From positions 22,215,722 through 22,279,721 of the forward strand of contig OZ316896.1 in assembly GCA_973895155.1 (NCBI GenBank): DNA of 64,000 nucleotides, read 5' to 3'. Below are positions 36,969 through 48,565 of the stretch, in pieces (position 1 is the first letter of the stretch; every line of letters begins with the position of its first letter). The position numbers were made by a program, and so were the translations under genes. Source of the stretch: Marsupella aquatica (taxonomy: Eukaryota; Plantae; Marchantiophyta). Below the pieces are notes generated by a model. That model did not search any database. It worked only from the letters and a program-made list of their open reading frames with translations, and was not told where the DNA came from.

Positions 36969-39950
36969 ATGGAAATTCAATCTAAAAAAACAAGTAAACA
37001 AATAACAATAGAGGATCTTCGCGCAAAAATATTATCGCTGCGCTCCTTCGCTGGTGGCTGCCTAACTGGAAACAACCTCACTGAGTTGCGAGAGGCGGAG
37101 GTTGCTCTTAGAGATTCTGAGTTCCGAGAGGCTATTGAGCTTCGTAAGAAATCAAGGATTCGGTGGCTGGGGCTCGGGGATGCCTCTACTAAATTCTTTT
37201 TTAATATTGTTAGGATCCAACAGCAGCGAGCCAGGATTCCTTGCCTTCGTCTCTCGGATGGCACATTATCTCACAACAAGGATCTGGTCCTCATAGAAGT
37301 TGGAAACTTCTACCGTTCACTCTATTCCCCGGATGCCCCGGAAACTCAGCTCAATGTACAAGCTAGAAGGAAAATGCTTCGGTTCTCCTCCAAACGAATC
37401 TCTCAAGCAGAATCCAATCAGTTAGACGCAGCCCCTTCTATGGATGAACTCTTTTCAGCAGCCAAAAAGATGAAGAAAAATAAAGCCCCAGGCCTAGACG
37501 GCCTTACAATAGAGGTCTTTTTGGGGTGTTGGGGATTCATTGCGCCAGCCTTTACCGGCATGATCTTATCTTTCTGGGCAGACGGTATCATGCTACCAGG
37601 ATTTATAGAGGGAGTAATAAAGCTGGTCCCACAATCAACTGATAAAACAAGATTGACGGATTGGAGGCCAATCACTCTTCTGAATATAGCATATAAAATC
37701 ATAGCAAAGCTGATTGCTATCAGGCTCGGGAGAGTTCTGCCAAAGATGGTAAACCCTCAACAAACAGGGTTTGTTCCTGGGCGTCAGATTCTTGATAACG
37801 TTTCTTTGGCATGGTTGGCGATAGACTGGATCTCAACAAATAACGTGCCTGCTCTATTCATAAAAATGGATTTTTCAAAAGCATTTGACCGCGTAGACCA
37901 CCGTTACATCAGGGAGACTCTCAGCACATTAGGCCTGAGCCAATCGCTTACTAGGAATATCATGGGTCTAATGATGCAAGCAACTGCTAAGGTTCATGTC
38001 AATGGGTTATTCACGGAACCCATTCCTCTCATGCGGGGAGTCCGTCAAGGATGTCCCCTCGCCCCTCTCATCTATGCATTATCGACACAGCCTCTCATGG
38101 ACGTCTTTGACGCAGCCCTACAGGCTAATGAACTGCAGGGCATTAAAATAAATAACAAACTCACTCTGTTTCATAGATTCTTTGCAGACGATCTAGGAGT
38201 TATCACCCCTGCTAAGGAATCTAGCTTCTTGGATATATGTGGAACGATGGACTTATATGAGCATGCAGCAGGGGCACGCCTAAATCTGGAGAAGACCGAG
38301 GTTCTCATTTTATGCATAGACACTCCTCCGCAATGGTTATTAGATACCAAATGTGTAATCGTTCCTATGGGCCATATATCCAGCTACTTGGGTGCCCCGA
38401 TTGGACAATATCTATCCAAGACCCAACTACATGAATATTGCCTGAAAAAATTGAACAAAAGACTCGCTTCTTGGTCGAACAAAAGCTTCTCATTCACGGG
38501 TCGTGTCCTGTTGGTAAAACAGGTCTTGTTATCCATGACAGTATTCCATATGATGTATACTAACTTCGCAGTGAGTTTTACAGACATGATTCAACGGACG
38601 TGTAAGAATTTTCTATGGGGTTATAACAAAGAGGGAGCCAGGAAAACACCATTGGTTTCCTGGGACCGGATGTGCGCCAGTAAACAAAATGGGGGCCTCG
38701 GGTTCAAGGACATAAATCTTCAGGCCACGGCATTGCTGGCCAGATGGGCCATTCGGATGATATCAGACCAGGATTCAGACTGGGCGATATTATTCTCGGC
38801 CAATCTCCGCCTGGCAGCATGGAAAAAGACGGTGTTGCTTCGCCAAGCAGGGTACACCACCATGGATCGGTTCCTATTCTCCTCCCCGTCCAGCTTTCGA
38901 GGTATGGTATACACGGCAGGTATATGGAGGGCATGGAATAAGATCAGGATCAACTTGCACTGGCAGTCTGGCTCACAAGCCATTCCAGCAAGATGGAGGA
39001 TCGAGGACTTTCTTCCTAAATTTTTCACCTCCTCAGACTTTCCTATCTCTTTGGTTCCTAGGATTATCATCGCCTGTTATCGTCTAAATATTCGGTATGT
39101 CTCTGACCTCTGGATGCAGGATCCGGGCTGTTGGGTGGACTTTTTGCCTCGTCTCTCCAGGCTGCGGGGGTTTGGGGTCATAGAGTTAGACACTCTATCT
39201 AGGATCATTTTGTCTATTCATAGCGGCCCTCCACCTTCCATTTCTTCTTCCTTCGCCGGATCCCAATGGTTCTGGTGTGGCCTTCAAAATCATCGCAGAC
39301 CTCATTTCCTCAGCAGCATGCAAGCTTATAATTTCCTACACCAGGCTGGGGGAGACATCGGCTCTCTTAACAATCGATGGGGGACGTCAGACTCCGCAGG
39401 AGATTGGGGGCGCAGGTGGAGGAGGATCTGGCGATCAGATCTGTCTAATCGTGGTAAAATCTTTTTATGGCGGGTCCTGGCTGCAGGATTATTTTCAGGA
39501 AAACGAGCTAAGCAGTGTGGACATGGAGATGGGATGTGTCCATCCTGCCCGGATCGGGTGGAGGATAATCCTCATATTTTCTTCTCCTGCAGGCAAGCTA
39601 TTTGTGCTTGGAACCGGACTGCCTGGTTCTATGAGCGGGTGCCGTCTCTCTCCCTTCTTCCAGGGGGACATTCTTTCACAAGCACATTGGACCTTGCCCT
39701 TGGTCGTACCCCACGGCTATCTGCTCGTATTTTTGTTATCTATGAAACCGTGTGGCTCCTATGGAAAAATAGAAACTCTCAGTTGTTTCAAAGCCAAACT
39801 GTAGTCTTCTCCCCCTTTCTGGCCGCATCATCTGTCGTTCAGCATCTACGTTCGGTGGCTCTTTGTTCAGACTCAGAAAAAAAGAAAAATCGTCTATACT
39901 ATGCTGAGAAGTATATCTCTGGTCCTCTGACCTCTCGTTGTCCTCGTTGA
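36969..39950 (+). CDS. LINE ORF2 remnant: reverse transcriptase plus C-terminal zf-RVT; endonuclease lost by 5' truncation
   Basis: WLGLGDASTKFFF, KAPGLDG, WRPITLLN..YKIIAK, QTGFVPGR.I.DN, KMDFSKAFDRV, RGVRQGCPLAP, FADD, YLGAPI, GGLGFKD, CPSC....E...HIFFSC. Uninterrupted 993-aa frame that stays open upstream to the insertion junction. Confidence 0.96.
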   Translation: MEIQSKKTSKQITIEDLRAKILSLRSFAGGCLTGNNLTELREAEVALRDSEFREAIELRKKSRIRWLGLGDASTKFFFNIVRIQQQRARIPCLRLSDGTLSHNKDLVLIEVGNFYRSLYSPDAPETQLNVQARRKMLRFSSKRISQAESNQLDAAPSMDELFSAAKKMKKNKAPGLDGLTIEVFLGCWGFIAPAFTGMILSFWADGIMLPGFIEGVIKLVPQSTDKTRLTDWRPITLLNIAYKIIAKLIAIRLGRVLPKMVNPQQTGFVPGRQILDNVSLAWLAIDWISTNNVPALFIKMDFSKAFDRVDHRYIRETLSTLGLSQSLTRNIMGLMMQATAKVHVNGLFTEPIPLMRGVRQGCPLAPLIYALSTQPLMDVFDAALQANELQGIKINNKLTLFHRFFADDLGVITPAKESSFLDICGTMDLYEHAAGARLNLEKTEVLILCIDTPPQWLLDTKCVIVPMGHISSYLGAPIGQYLSKTQLHEYCLKKLNKRLASWSNKSFSFTGRVLLVKQVLLSMTVFHMMYTNFAVSFTDMIQRTCKNFLWGYNKEGARKTPLVSWDRMCASKQNGGLGFKDINLQATALLARWAIRMISDQDSDWAILFSANLRLAAWKKTVLLRQAGYTTMDRFLFSSPSSFRGMVYTAGIWRAWNKIRINLHWQSGSQAIPARWRIEDFLPKFFTSSDFPISLVPRIIIACYRLNIRYVSDLWMQDPGCWVDFLPRLSRLRGFGVIELDTLSRIILSIHSGPPPSISSSFAGSQWFWCGLQNHRRPHFLSSMQAYNFLHQAGGDIGSLNNRWGTSDSAGDWGRRWRRIWRSDLSNRGKIFLWRVLAAGLFSGKRAKQCGHGDGMCPSCPDRVEDNPHIFFSCRQAICAWNRTAWFYERVPSLSLLPGGHSFTSTLDLALGRTPRLSARIFVIYETVWLLWKNRNSQLFQSQTVVFSPFLAASSVVQHLRSVALCSDSEKKKNRLYYAEKYISGPLTSRCPR

Positions 39951-41314
39951 CTTTCTGTTTGGGATACTTTTCCCCACGGCTCACTTCTTATTATATTAAT
40001 ATATGTTCTAGAGCCTTTCTTCCCGTTACGTTCTCTTCTTCTCCTATTCTGGGATTACCCCATCCCTTCAGTTCTATCATGGGCTAGTTCCGATCCTCAT
40101 CTGGTGTCTGTTCCTCCCATCACCATATGGCACAGTACATCCCTCGTTCCATTGATCTCCTTGCTGCTCTCTTCCTCCCCCCTCAAGTACCAATGGTTGG
40201 TGGGTCTTTCCCTTGCTGCTTTGTGGGGCTCTCTCATCCGGCGCTCGCCATTGGAGATGGTAGCTTGGTTTCTCACCTTTTGGAGACATATTCCTCTGTC
40301 CCGCCATCTGGCTTTTTTGCCGCCCCCCCCTGTCCTGGGATCCTGGTTCACCATGACTGGCGGCCAGTATTGACATTTTTTTACCACCGCTCTCTCAGAA
40401 CTAGATTCTCATCAGACTATTCGAGTCTGGTTTCATATCTATCTCTTTTCAGAAGCACAGACTTTTTTCCGCTGCAAATGTAGCAATCAGACAGACTTAG
40501 ACAAAGACAGATAGGTAGGCTACTCATGGTACTACATTGTTGGATAGGTAGGATCTGTAGGCTCTCAGCTAACAATTCTAGTGGTAGCCGTCATTTGTTC
40601 TGTCCCATTCCCAGGATTCTCGGATATCTTGGGGAGCTTCTCTCATGGTAATTGGCTGGATTCTAACCTTGGCGCTGTAGGTGTGTCCCCTGCTCTCTCT
40701 GTCACTCTCCACTGGGCTGGCTGCTGGCTGTTACATATGGAGCCCATGATTGGTGAGTGGGAGGTTTAAATGCCAAGTCCCGTGCCAAGTTAAAGTCGCT
40801 AATTGGCATCTGGACTGGTTGCCTATCTCTTTTCTCTGTCGCATCAGCTATGGCTGCTTTCCTTGGGAGGTGTCCTACACTCAAGTTCTAGGATCATAAA
40901 TTGGTATAAAAATGGAGATCAGGCACGATGGAATCTTTGGTCTGCTAGTTTCTGCCCCGGGCTATGCTTCGGGATCTCGAGGCATAACCTCGGGTACCCG
41001 CGCTGGACATAGCCAGGGCACAATAAGGTGAAATCATCAAGGCTCTCTTCTTGGTGATCCAGGGAATGTCCGGAGATTGAGGTGGACTCTCGTATGGAGG
41101 GCGTGGTGATCTCAGGGAGTGGTCTGGCCTCGATGCAGCTGGGGAAGTGGTGGCTGACTATAGCCATCGAAGGCAGCCCAGGACAGATGGAGTTCAGCGG
41201 GGGGCCTCTTGGGGCTTTGGTGGTTCTGGCTAGGTTGGCTGTTTTGGATGCTCCTTTTTCATATTCAGGTCTTGGTTGGTTCGGCTTATGTTTGGCTTTC
41301 TGGGTCCCTCCTCT

Positions 41315-41611
41315 CTCGGGGGTCTCACTATATGGGGACCTCCCCATCGCCTGCAACGTTTTTAGGCCTCGGACCCCCTAAAATGTAAGAAAAAATTATT
41401 ATTTTTTAACCCCTATAAAGTTGGAATATTCTTGGAATATTCTAAAATTTGGATTAAAAAAACCCTAATGTTCTTATAAGTCTCAAAATTGAATTTAAAA
41501 GACCCTATTGTTCTTCTACAAAAATTCTTAAGTCTTCCCTTAGAACCAATAAAATGACCCTATCCTTCGTCGCACGTGATATGCCATTTTTGTGGAAGTG
41601 AGACCCCCGAG
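41315..41611. mobile_element. 297-bp MITE (non-autonomous DNA transposon) nested in the LINE 3' region
   Basis: Perfect 15-bp terminal inverted repeats CTCGGGGGTCTCACT (41315-41329) and AGTGAGACCCCCGAG (41597-41611). 8-bp TSD CCTCCTCT (41307-41314 and 41612-41619). AT-rich non-coding interior. Confidence 0.88.
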
Positions 41612-42869
41612 CCTCCTCTCCTCTATGGCCCGCCTCCTCCCCTTAGGCGGCCGGTTTGGGGTGGTCTCGCCTTCGTTTCTCTGGGTGTGCTCCCTCTTTC
41701 AGCCACCCTTATTTGTTCCTTGTTCCTTTCTCCTGTCTCCTCCCCTCAGACGGGTTTGTTCTCAATAAAGTGCCCTCGTGTTTTTCCACCAAAAAATAAA
41801 ATAAAATAAAAAATTAAGCTAGAGTACTCTTTAACTTCATTGTGCACTTTGCATGTATGCAATGTCCACTCGTGAGTAAATGATTGCTACTCAAAGTATG
41901 CACATATGCAAAATTTATCACAACATTAATTAACACGAGAGGTACGTGGTGTGGTTTATCTCACTGGTTATGTTCACAAGAGAGCTTCATTGTCCTCTAT
42001 GTCTATCAATTATACCAAGTCTCCAAAGACTAAAGTTTCCTTATTTCTTAGATGACTTTATAACATTTCTAAGTTCCACTCACAAATCACTTATGCTATA
42101 TATATAGTGGCGCATCTAGCCTTAATCAAGTACCTCATCATGGTTAGACTAACTGTGGCTCTTGAGTAACTCTAGACCAAAGTGTGAATGCCTAACATCC
42201 ACGAGGATGCAGGCTATAGTAGAGGTGATTGGTGGTGAAGCTATTCATGTTTCCAAATTGCTTCTAACAAGCCCAGTCTCATGTGATTAATTTAGATATC
42301 ACAGGAGATATTGAAGATAGACGTTTGAAACATTTTAGGAAACGCGAAGGGTGTCAACGAGTTCCGGTGTAAAAGACGTCACGTCCATGAGGGAACCCAG
42401 ACCCGAAACTAAAACGACGAGAAGATGTGAAGACAGGATTGTCATTCACTTACTTTGGAAACTAGACAAAAGATTCAGGCTGCAAAACCAAAGTGAGTCT
42501 AAACGTTCGGTGGAATAAACAACGGCCACAGCAATAAGATGCTGAAAACAAACTCCTTAATTGTGCCGAGCAACAACTGCCCACAGCTCTCGATTTTGTG
42601 AAATTGTGGATCAAACATTATTACTCCAGGAAACAAAAGTTTCACTTCATTTTGTCTTTCGTCTCTTTCTGCTTTCACTGGTCACAAAAAAGTATAGCGT
42701 GAATTTCAATGTCAGCTTGAGTGAAGTCACAAAGTCACGTGGCCAAAAGGGAGAATTCCGTTGCATGCCTTCAAACCATTTGCAAACGAGCTAAACAATC
42801 CAAACCTCACGATGGGAGAAAGAAACCGAAGCCCCTGGGTGAAGACAGAAGAGACAGTTCGTTTCAAAC

Positions 42870-43495
42870 GAGGAAGACCGGTTCAAATATGTCAACAAGA
42901 ACAAGAGTACAACCAACCCAGAATCAGCATCACCAGTCGCTTCAGCAGGTTGTTCTACATTCATTGTCATGGACTGAATCGACAGTAGCAAAATAGAGAC
43001 AACGCAACCTTGAAGGCCTGAACAGAAACAAGGATACAGTACCGTAGGATCATCTGACAGACAGCAATGGCAGATTTCCACATGGTCATGGATTTCGGTT
43101 TGAATTCACGCAATTCGAGAATAGGGAGTACCGTAGAGACGACACAGCCCGCCTTGTAGGGACGAAGACAACAAGAATGTGCAGTTCAAGTATGTCAGCA
43201 AGCACAACAGTAACAACCAACAGTAATCACCATCACCAGTCCCCTTCAGCAGTTTGTTCTACGCCCATTGCAGCTGGACGGATTCACCCATATCGACAGT
43301 ATCAAACTTTGACAACGCAACGTTGATGTCCTGAAGAGAAACAAGGGATACAGTCCTGTGGGATCATGTGAGACAGAAATGTCAACTTTTCTACATTGGC
43401 ATGGGTTTCGGCTTCGAAAAATCCAACCGAATCGAGGTTGGCGAGTACCGTAGACAAAACCACAGCAGCCTTGAAGGCACGAAGACAACAATAAC
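42870..43495. repeat. Old diverged tandem duplication, ~305-bp unit x2
   Basis: Matching blocks CACCAGTC.CTTCAGCAG.TTGTTCTAC, ATCGACAGTA, GACAACGCAAC.TTGA, GAAACAAGG.ATACAGT, GAGTACCGTAGA and ACGAAGACAACAA occur at ~42930-43175 and ~43235-43495. Confidence 0.8.
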
Positions 43496-43964
43496 GTAAC
43501 ATTCTCTTCGTTTCGTTTCATTTCTTATCGTCTCCCTCTGCTCCATCTCCACCCACGCCGTCACGCAATGGAAAATAATTCTTCCACATTCCAGAATCCA
43601 CAGACTTCTGTCAATAGCGGAGCCCACCAAGGCCGGAATCTCCGCCATTCCCGCCCCTTATCTTGTTTAGCGGCGCCTATCTCAAACTGACGGTGGTCTC
43701 GCTTTGGCGGGGGAGACGTCCCATTCGCGGATCCGCCAGTTAGATACGGAGTATAATAGCGAATCGGAAAGGGCGCCAGGGGTGGTGGCGATTCTAGCGG
43801 CCAATAAGGGTCACGGAGAGTGCTCTGCCAGAGTTAGGCACGTTGATTCCGTGCTCTGGAGCGTTTCTATCACACGAACGAGAAGGATCATGCCTAGTAT
43901 TGTTTTTTAATAAGATAATGTATTGGTTAGAAGGCATTGTGAGATATAATGCAGAATGATAAAA

Positions 43965-44240
43965 ACAAGGGTGGTAGCACAAGTTTTGAGTGCATTATTC
44001 TCATAATTCCTGAAACTAGTACATTAATGATTTTTTGGTAAGAGACAAGGAAAAAGAGGGCAAGGGTGGTAGCACAAATTTTGAGTGCATTATTCCCATA
44101 CATTAATGGTTTTTTGGTAAGAGACAAGAAAAATAGAGGGTAGCCAAAGTTTTGAGGGCATTATTCTCACAATGTCTATAACTAGTACATTAATGTACTT
44201 AAAAACTTGAGTGATTTTTTGGTAAGAGACAAGAAAAATA
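43965..44240. repeat. Degenerate tandem repeat, ~3 copies of a 75-100-bp unit
   Basis: GGGTGGTAGCACAA.TTTTGAGTGCATTATTC...TACATTAATG.TTTTTTGGTAAGAGACAAG recurs at ~43968, 44063 and 44137-44240. Confidence 0.85.
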
Positions 44241-47200
44241 ACTCTCTGCAATAGAAAATCTAAGTTAAAGAGCCAGGCAAGAAGTGGTTGCTATGCAATT
44301 GGCCAAAGACATGAAAGAAGTTAAAAGCAAATATTATGATCTTTGATACAATTTATTATGTTTTCTTATAAGGTAACACTATATTTACTTGGGTTTTACC
44401 TTTCTTCTATTGATGGTGTTTCACATAATCCCCGCCTCAAAACAAGGGAGGCTATATGGAAAATCAATGCACTATAAAATACAAAGAGAAAATTCATAGT
44501 GTCTAAGTTTTGCTAGATTAGCCCGATTACCCATTCATTGAATGTAAATATATACTAGCCTCATTACCCATTATTTTAACATATGATTAGTTCAAGGACC
44601 CCTTGGTTATGTAAGCTTGTTTTATTGAACTATTGGAGCCATGAAGAGTTGCACGTTGGAATAGATACATGAGAGGACAAAGATTAAAATAATGAAGTAT
44701 TCTAAATGAAATGAATTTTAAAGGTAGTTAGGACAATTTTATTGAGACAAAGATGAGTACATTCATGGTAATGCAGAGGGTAATTCTCCAAACAAAATGT
44801 TTCCCTTACTACCTCTATGTCTATACAATACATTTAACATTCCAGATATAGCCCGTGCAAAATATCCCATGGTAGTTATGGTGTTTCTTACCCTTTGCTT
44901 GTTACTCCTCTATCCATAGTGGCCAAAGTGTGTAATGTCACTGTTTGGCACATGCAGAATTAGTGTTTGTTCGGAATTACTCGGTTTATTAAATTGTAGT
45001 TTCATGGAACTGTACTGGCACTGGCTGGGAACACCCAGTTCTACATGTTTTAGGGTCAAAAATGGACAGGTTATTTGCCCTACATGAGCTTGCAGGTTTT
45101 GGATTACTAGCTTACCATTTGGTTGCTGAGCTGTGGAACTGCTCTTGGTGCTTACCTTGGTGTGCCAGTAATTTTTCTGCACAATGTTCATGGATACTCC
45201 ATTCTCAGTTTGATGGGCTCCTTTGACATCACACAGTCATGTGTCATTTCATGCACAGGTCTGTTCTGTAGGACCACTACTGTCTGGTTTGACAACACAG
45301 TTTCATCAATTTTGGTGACCTTGCAGTGTGCTCAAGCTTGAACAATTCATTGGAGATCTAAGCTAGCAGTGGGTAGTAGTGGGCCTCAGCTGAGGCTTTC
45401 CACCAGAGTAAATACATCTCCCACATGCAGACTCAGTTGCGACAACAGATGTGGACTGAGCTCATCACACTATTGCAATGGTATATCATTATTTCTTATG
45501 TTCTCATCTTTCTAGGTTTTGGGGGTTTGCAATTGGCCCCTTTTTTTGATGAGTTCTCTGAACCTCTTACATTTTGTTTTTCTATTGTACTTTGCTTCAA
45601 TTGGCCCATTTTAGTCAACTGAGAGGTACTAGATCTTCACCGTTTTTGTGGGGTAATATATACATTGCAATTGTTCTTTTCCATTTAGCATAATGCCATT
45701 GTTTTGCTCTATGGGTTACCTGCAGTTGCACTCAAAATCCACCGGCCATCATCGTTCTCACCATTGACATTGAACATCCACGACTTCCCATGGGTACATT
45801 GACCACCCTCAGGTTAGAGAATGCAGGTGTGAGTGGGCTTCCCCCACCTCTGTCCACCACCCGTAAACCCTGTGCACATTTTCCCCATGCCCATGGCTCT
45901 GAAGGCACAAGCTTCGTGTTGGGGACCCATCCCTTTTTGTTCCTCAAGGCCCTGACTTTGGCCCAATTGCCTCCCAGTCCGCGTCCTTCTGGGGGCTCCA
46001 TCCCTTTTACAAGCCAGAGCCAGCTGCAGCGCGCCTCAAGTACACTGTCTCCTTAGGAGCTCGATATAGGGGGGCTGGCCTGTCCCAAGTATGCAGCTTG
46101 ACCAAAATTTGGGACCCTTCCTGAAGCATATCATATTGGCTGAAACACTGATCAATGCTTCTTAGAACTGGCAGCAAGGCATTTAAGCACATTCAAAGAC
46201 AGTGTCTTGTCAACTTCCACCAATAATGATCTGCTTCAGTATGGGTCCCCAACACAAAGCCCTTGCCTTTGGGGCTGCAGACAAGGGCAAAACAGGCTCA
46301 GGGTTGAAGTGCCATGGACAGAGGTGGGGCAGCCAACCCACCCCTGCATCGTGTAACCCAAGGGTGGTCAATGCAGCTGTGGGGAAGAGGTGGCCGTTCA
46401 ATGGTGACAATGGGAACAATGTTTGGATTTCAAAGACAACCCTAGTTAATTTTCTTAACCAATGAAGTAAGACACTGCATTATGCTAAATAGAAAAAATA
46501 GTGACAATGTATATATTATGCCACAAAAGAGCGTTAATCTACAGTAGTAAATCGCAGTTTTAGTAAAAATGGTGTTTTCCCCCTTTTGGCCCTAAACGGA
46601 AATCAAACTTTTTTCTTTTGAGATGGAACGCTTCAATAATCACCTAAAAAAAAGCAGACTTGGAAATTTGGTGGGCCTAGAGGCTTGTTGGCCTTGGTGC
46701 CTTTGTCGTTAGAAAAATGAAAAAGAAGCAAACTGTGTGGCCCAGGTTGGTCCAGGGCTGGATGGGAGTGTGGTATGTCAACAGGCAACCTTTCAACAAA
46801 ATGTGTGTGTCACTGGCACTGTGGGTATGATTGACACATACCTTTGATATCTATGGTCTCAAAGGTAGGGGAATGCCTTTATGAGAAAGGGTAAAAACAA
46901 GTGCATGCCCTATACAAAGAATATACCTCAATCATCTTCTCTTTTACATGTTTGACACACTATTTTTGGGAAAGAAAATGTGGATGTCTCAGTCCATTTG
47001 TCATAAGGGTGTTTCTTTCCTTTTGTTTTGTCCTTCCGTTTGGGGCCACAAGCGTCTATCAACTTTGGCTCCATCCAGCTGATCATCACAAGACCATCAC
47101 AAGGAACACTTGAGGGGGACGCATCTAAATATTTTATGCTCCGAGTCTTTTTATTAATGGAAAGAGAGGCCTGTAGAGTCCCTCACATCCTTGTCACTCC

Positions 47201-48293
47201 ACACAGCTGCTGAAGACCCAACTTCGCAAGGCAAAATATCTCAAAGAAGGTGATGTTTACGCCAATGTCTCTAGAACACGAAAGTCTAGAAAACTAAAAT
47301 ATAAGACCCCAACTATTCAGTGACCTGTACTAAGTAAGGAAGGCTTATCTCAGAAAAATCACAAAAACAAACATTTGCCAAATGGAGCGAACTTGTGAGG
47401 TGTTCTGTCATCATCTGTCCTCACCCTATATTTTAGTGTTGTTTTCCGGGTGAATGAAACCTGAGAGGCAGAAGGTGCCAATGCGTACAATCCATAGACA
47501 GCAACTTTGCTGTATGTCATAAATACATCATGCACTAGGCACCTATCTCTGAAATTCTTGGTGACTACGCACGCAGCTTTCATTATGGTTGGACTATAAG
47601 ATGGATGCGTACACGCAAGGAATTCCCAAAGTAAATGGGTGTTTTGTTTCCCAAGTAAATGTGTCGTCAGTACAGCACCAATATTATATATTTCAAGATT
47701 TCAAGATGAGACTAGATGAGATTTGAGGGATGGTCAATATTTTCCAGTCCCTCAAGAGAGGCTCCTTATGAAAACGTCTTAAGCATATTTATTTCCCACT
47801 AAGAGATTCACAATGCGCAATTAGGGAGCCTATCAATTCAAGAGTCTCAAATCAAGTGCACTCATACCTAAGTTTATGGTTTTGGGCTTTTGGGATGATT
47901 CTGATATAATTTCAGAATTTTTCTTGAGAAGCAGGCACCATTTGGAGGAAAAAAAAATCTCATTGTGAACTCACATTAATCTCATTTTCAAAATAGCATG
48001 GTTTTCTCAGTCTCTGTATAGCAATGTGTGGGCAGCTATGGAAACATGTTCCATTATTCTATTTAGCTCTATACGAAATATGTTCACCTCCTTCCATTCG
48101 TTTGGTTGAGATTTACTCACATTATGACTTTGTACACGCATCTGTCCTGCCTATGAGCCACAACTAAAGAAGAACATAGAACGTCACCCATCTCTCTCCT
48201 GTCCATCCTTACTTGTAAAACAAATCACCTGTTGCATGTGTGTAACGTCAATGGCCACGTAGGTGTAGAACTTGGACCCAGTGCCTCAACCAC

Positions 48294-48565
48294 CAATGTC
48301 TCACTTTGCTCCTGCTCCCTTTGGTACAATAAACATCACTCAACCCTTATTGCATTGAGTCCTTTAGTTCCTGGCTGCCCTGCCCCAACATATACCATCA
48401 TCCACCACCTATATAAATGATGCCTCCATAAATATCCAAAATGTCTCACTTCAATCCTGCTCCCCTGTGGTACAATAAACGTAGCCCAACCCTTGCTGTA
48501 GTGAGTCAATCAGTTCCTGAGTGGCTGCCCTGCCCCAACAGAGACCATCATCCACCAGGCATATA
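48294..48565. repeat. Tandem duplication, ~145-bp unit x2
   Basis: AATGTCTCACTT...TGGTACAATAAAC...GGCTGCCCTGCCCCAACA...ACCATCATCCACCA occurs twice. Confidence 0.88.

Larger units (their letters stand above)
36928..41808 (+). mobile_element. 5'-truncated non-LTR retrotransposon (L1/Tx1-like LINE) with a 15-bp target-site duplication and A-rich tail
   Basis: AAAAATTAAGCTAGA flanks both ends (36913-36927 and 41809-41823). AATAAA at ~41764 and an (AAAAT)n tail at 41791-41808. Contains ORF2. Confidence 0.92.
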
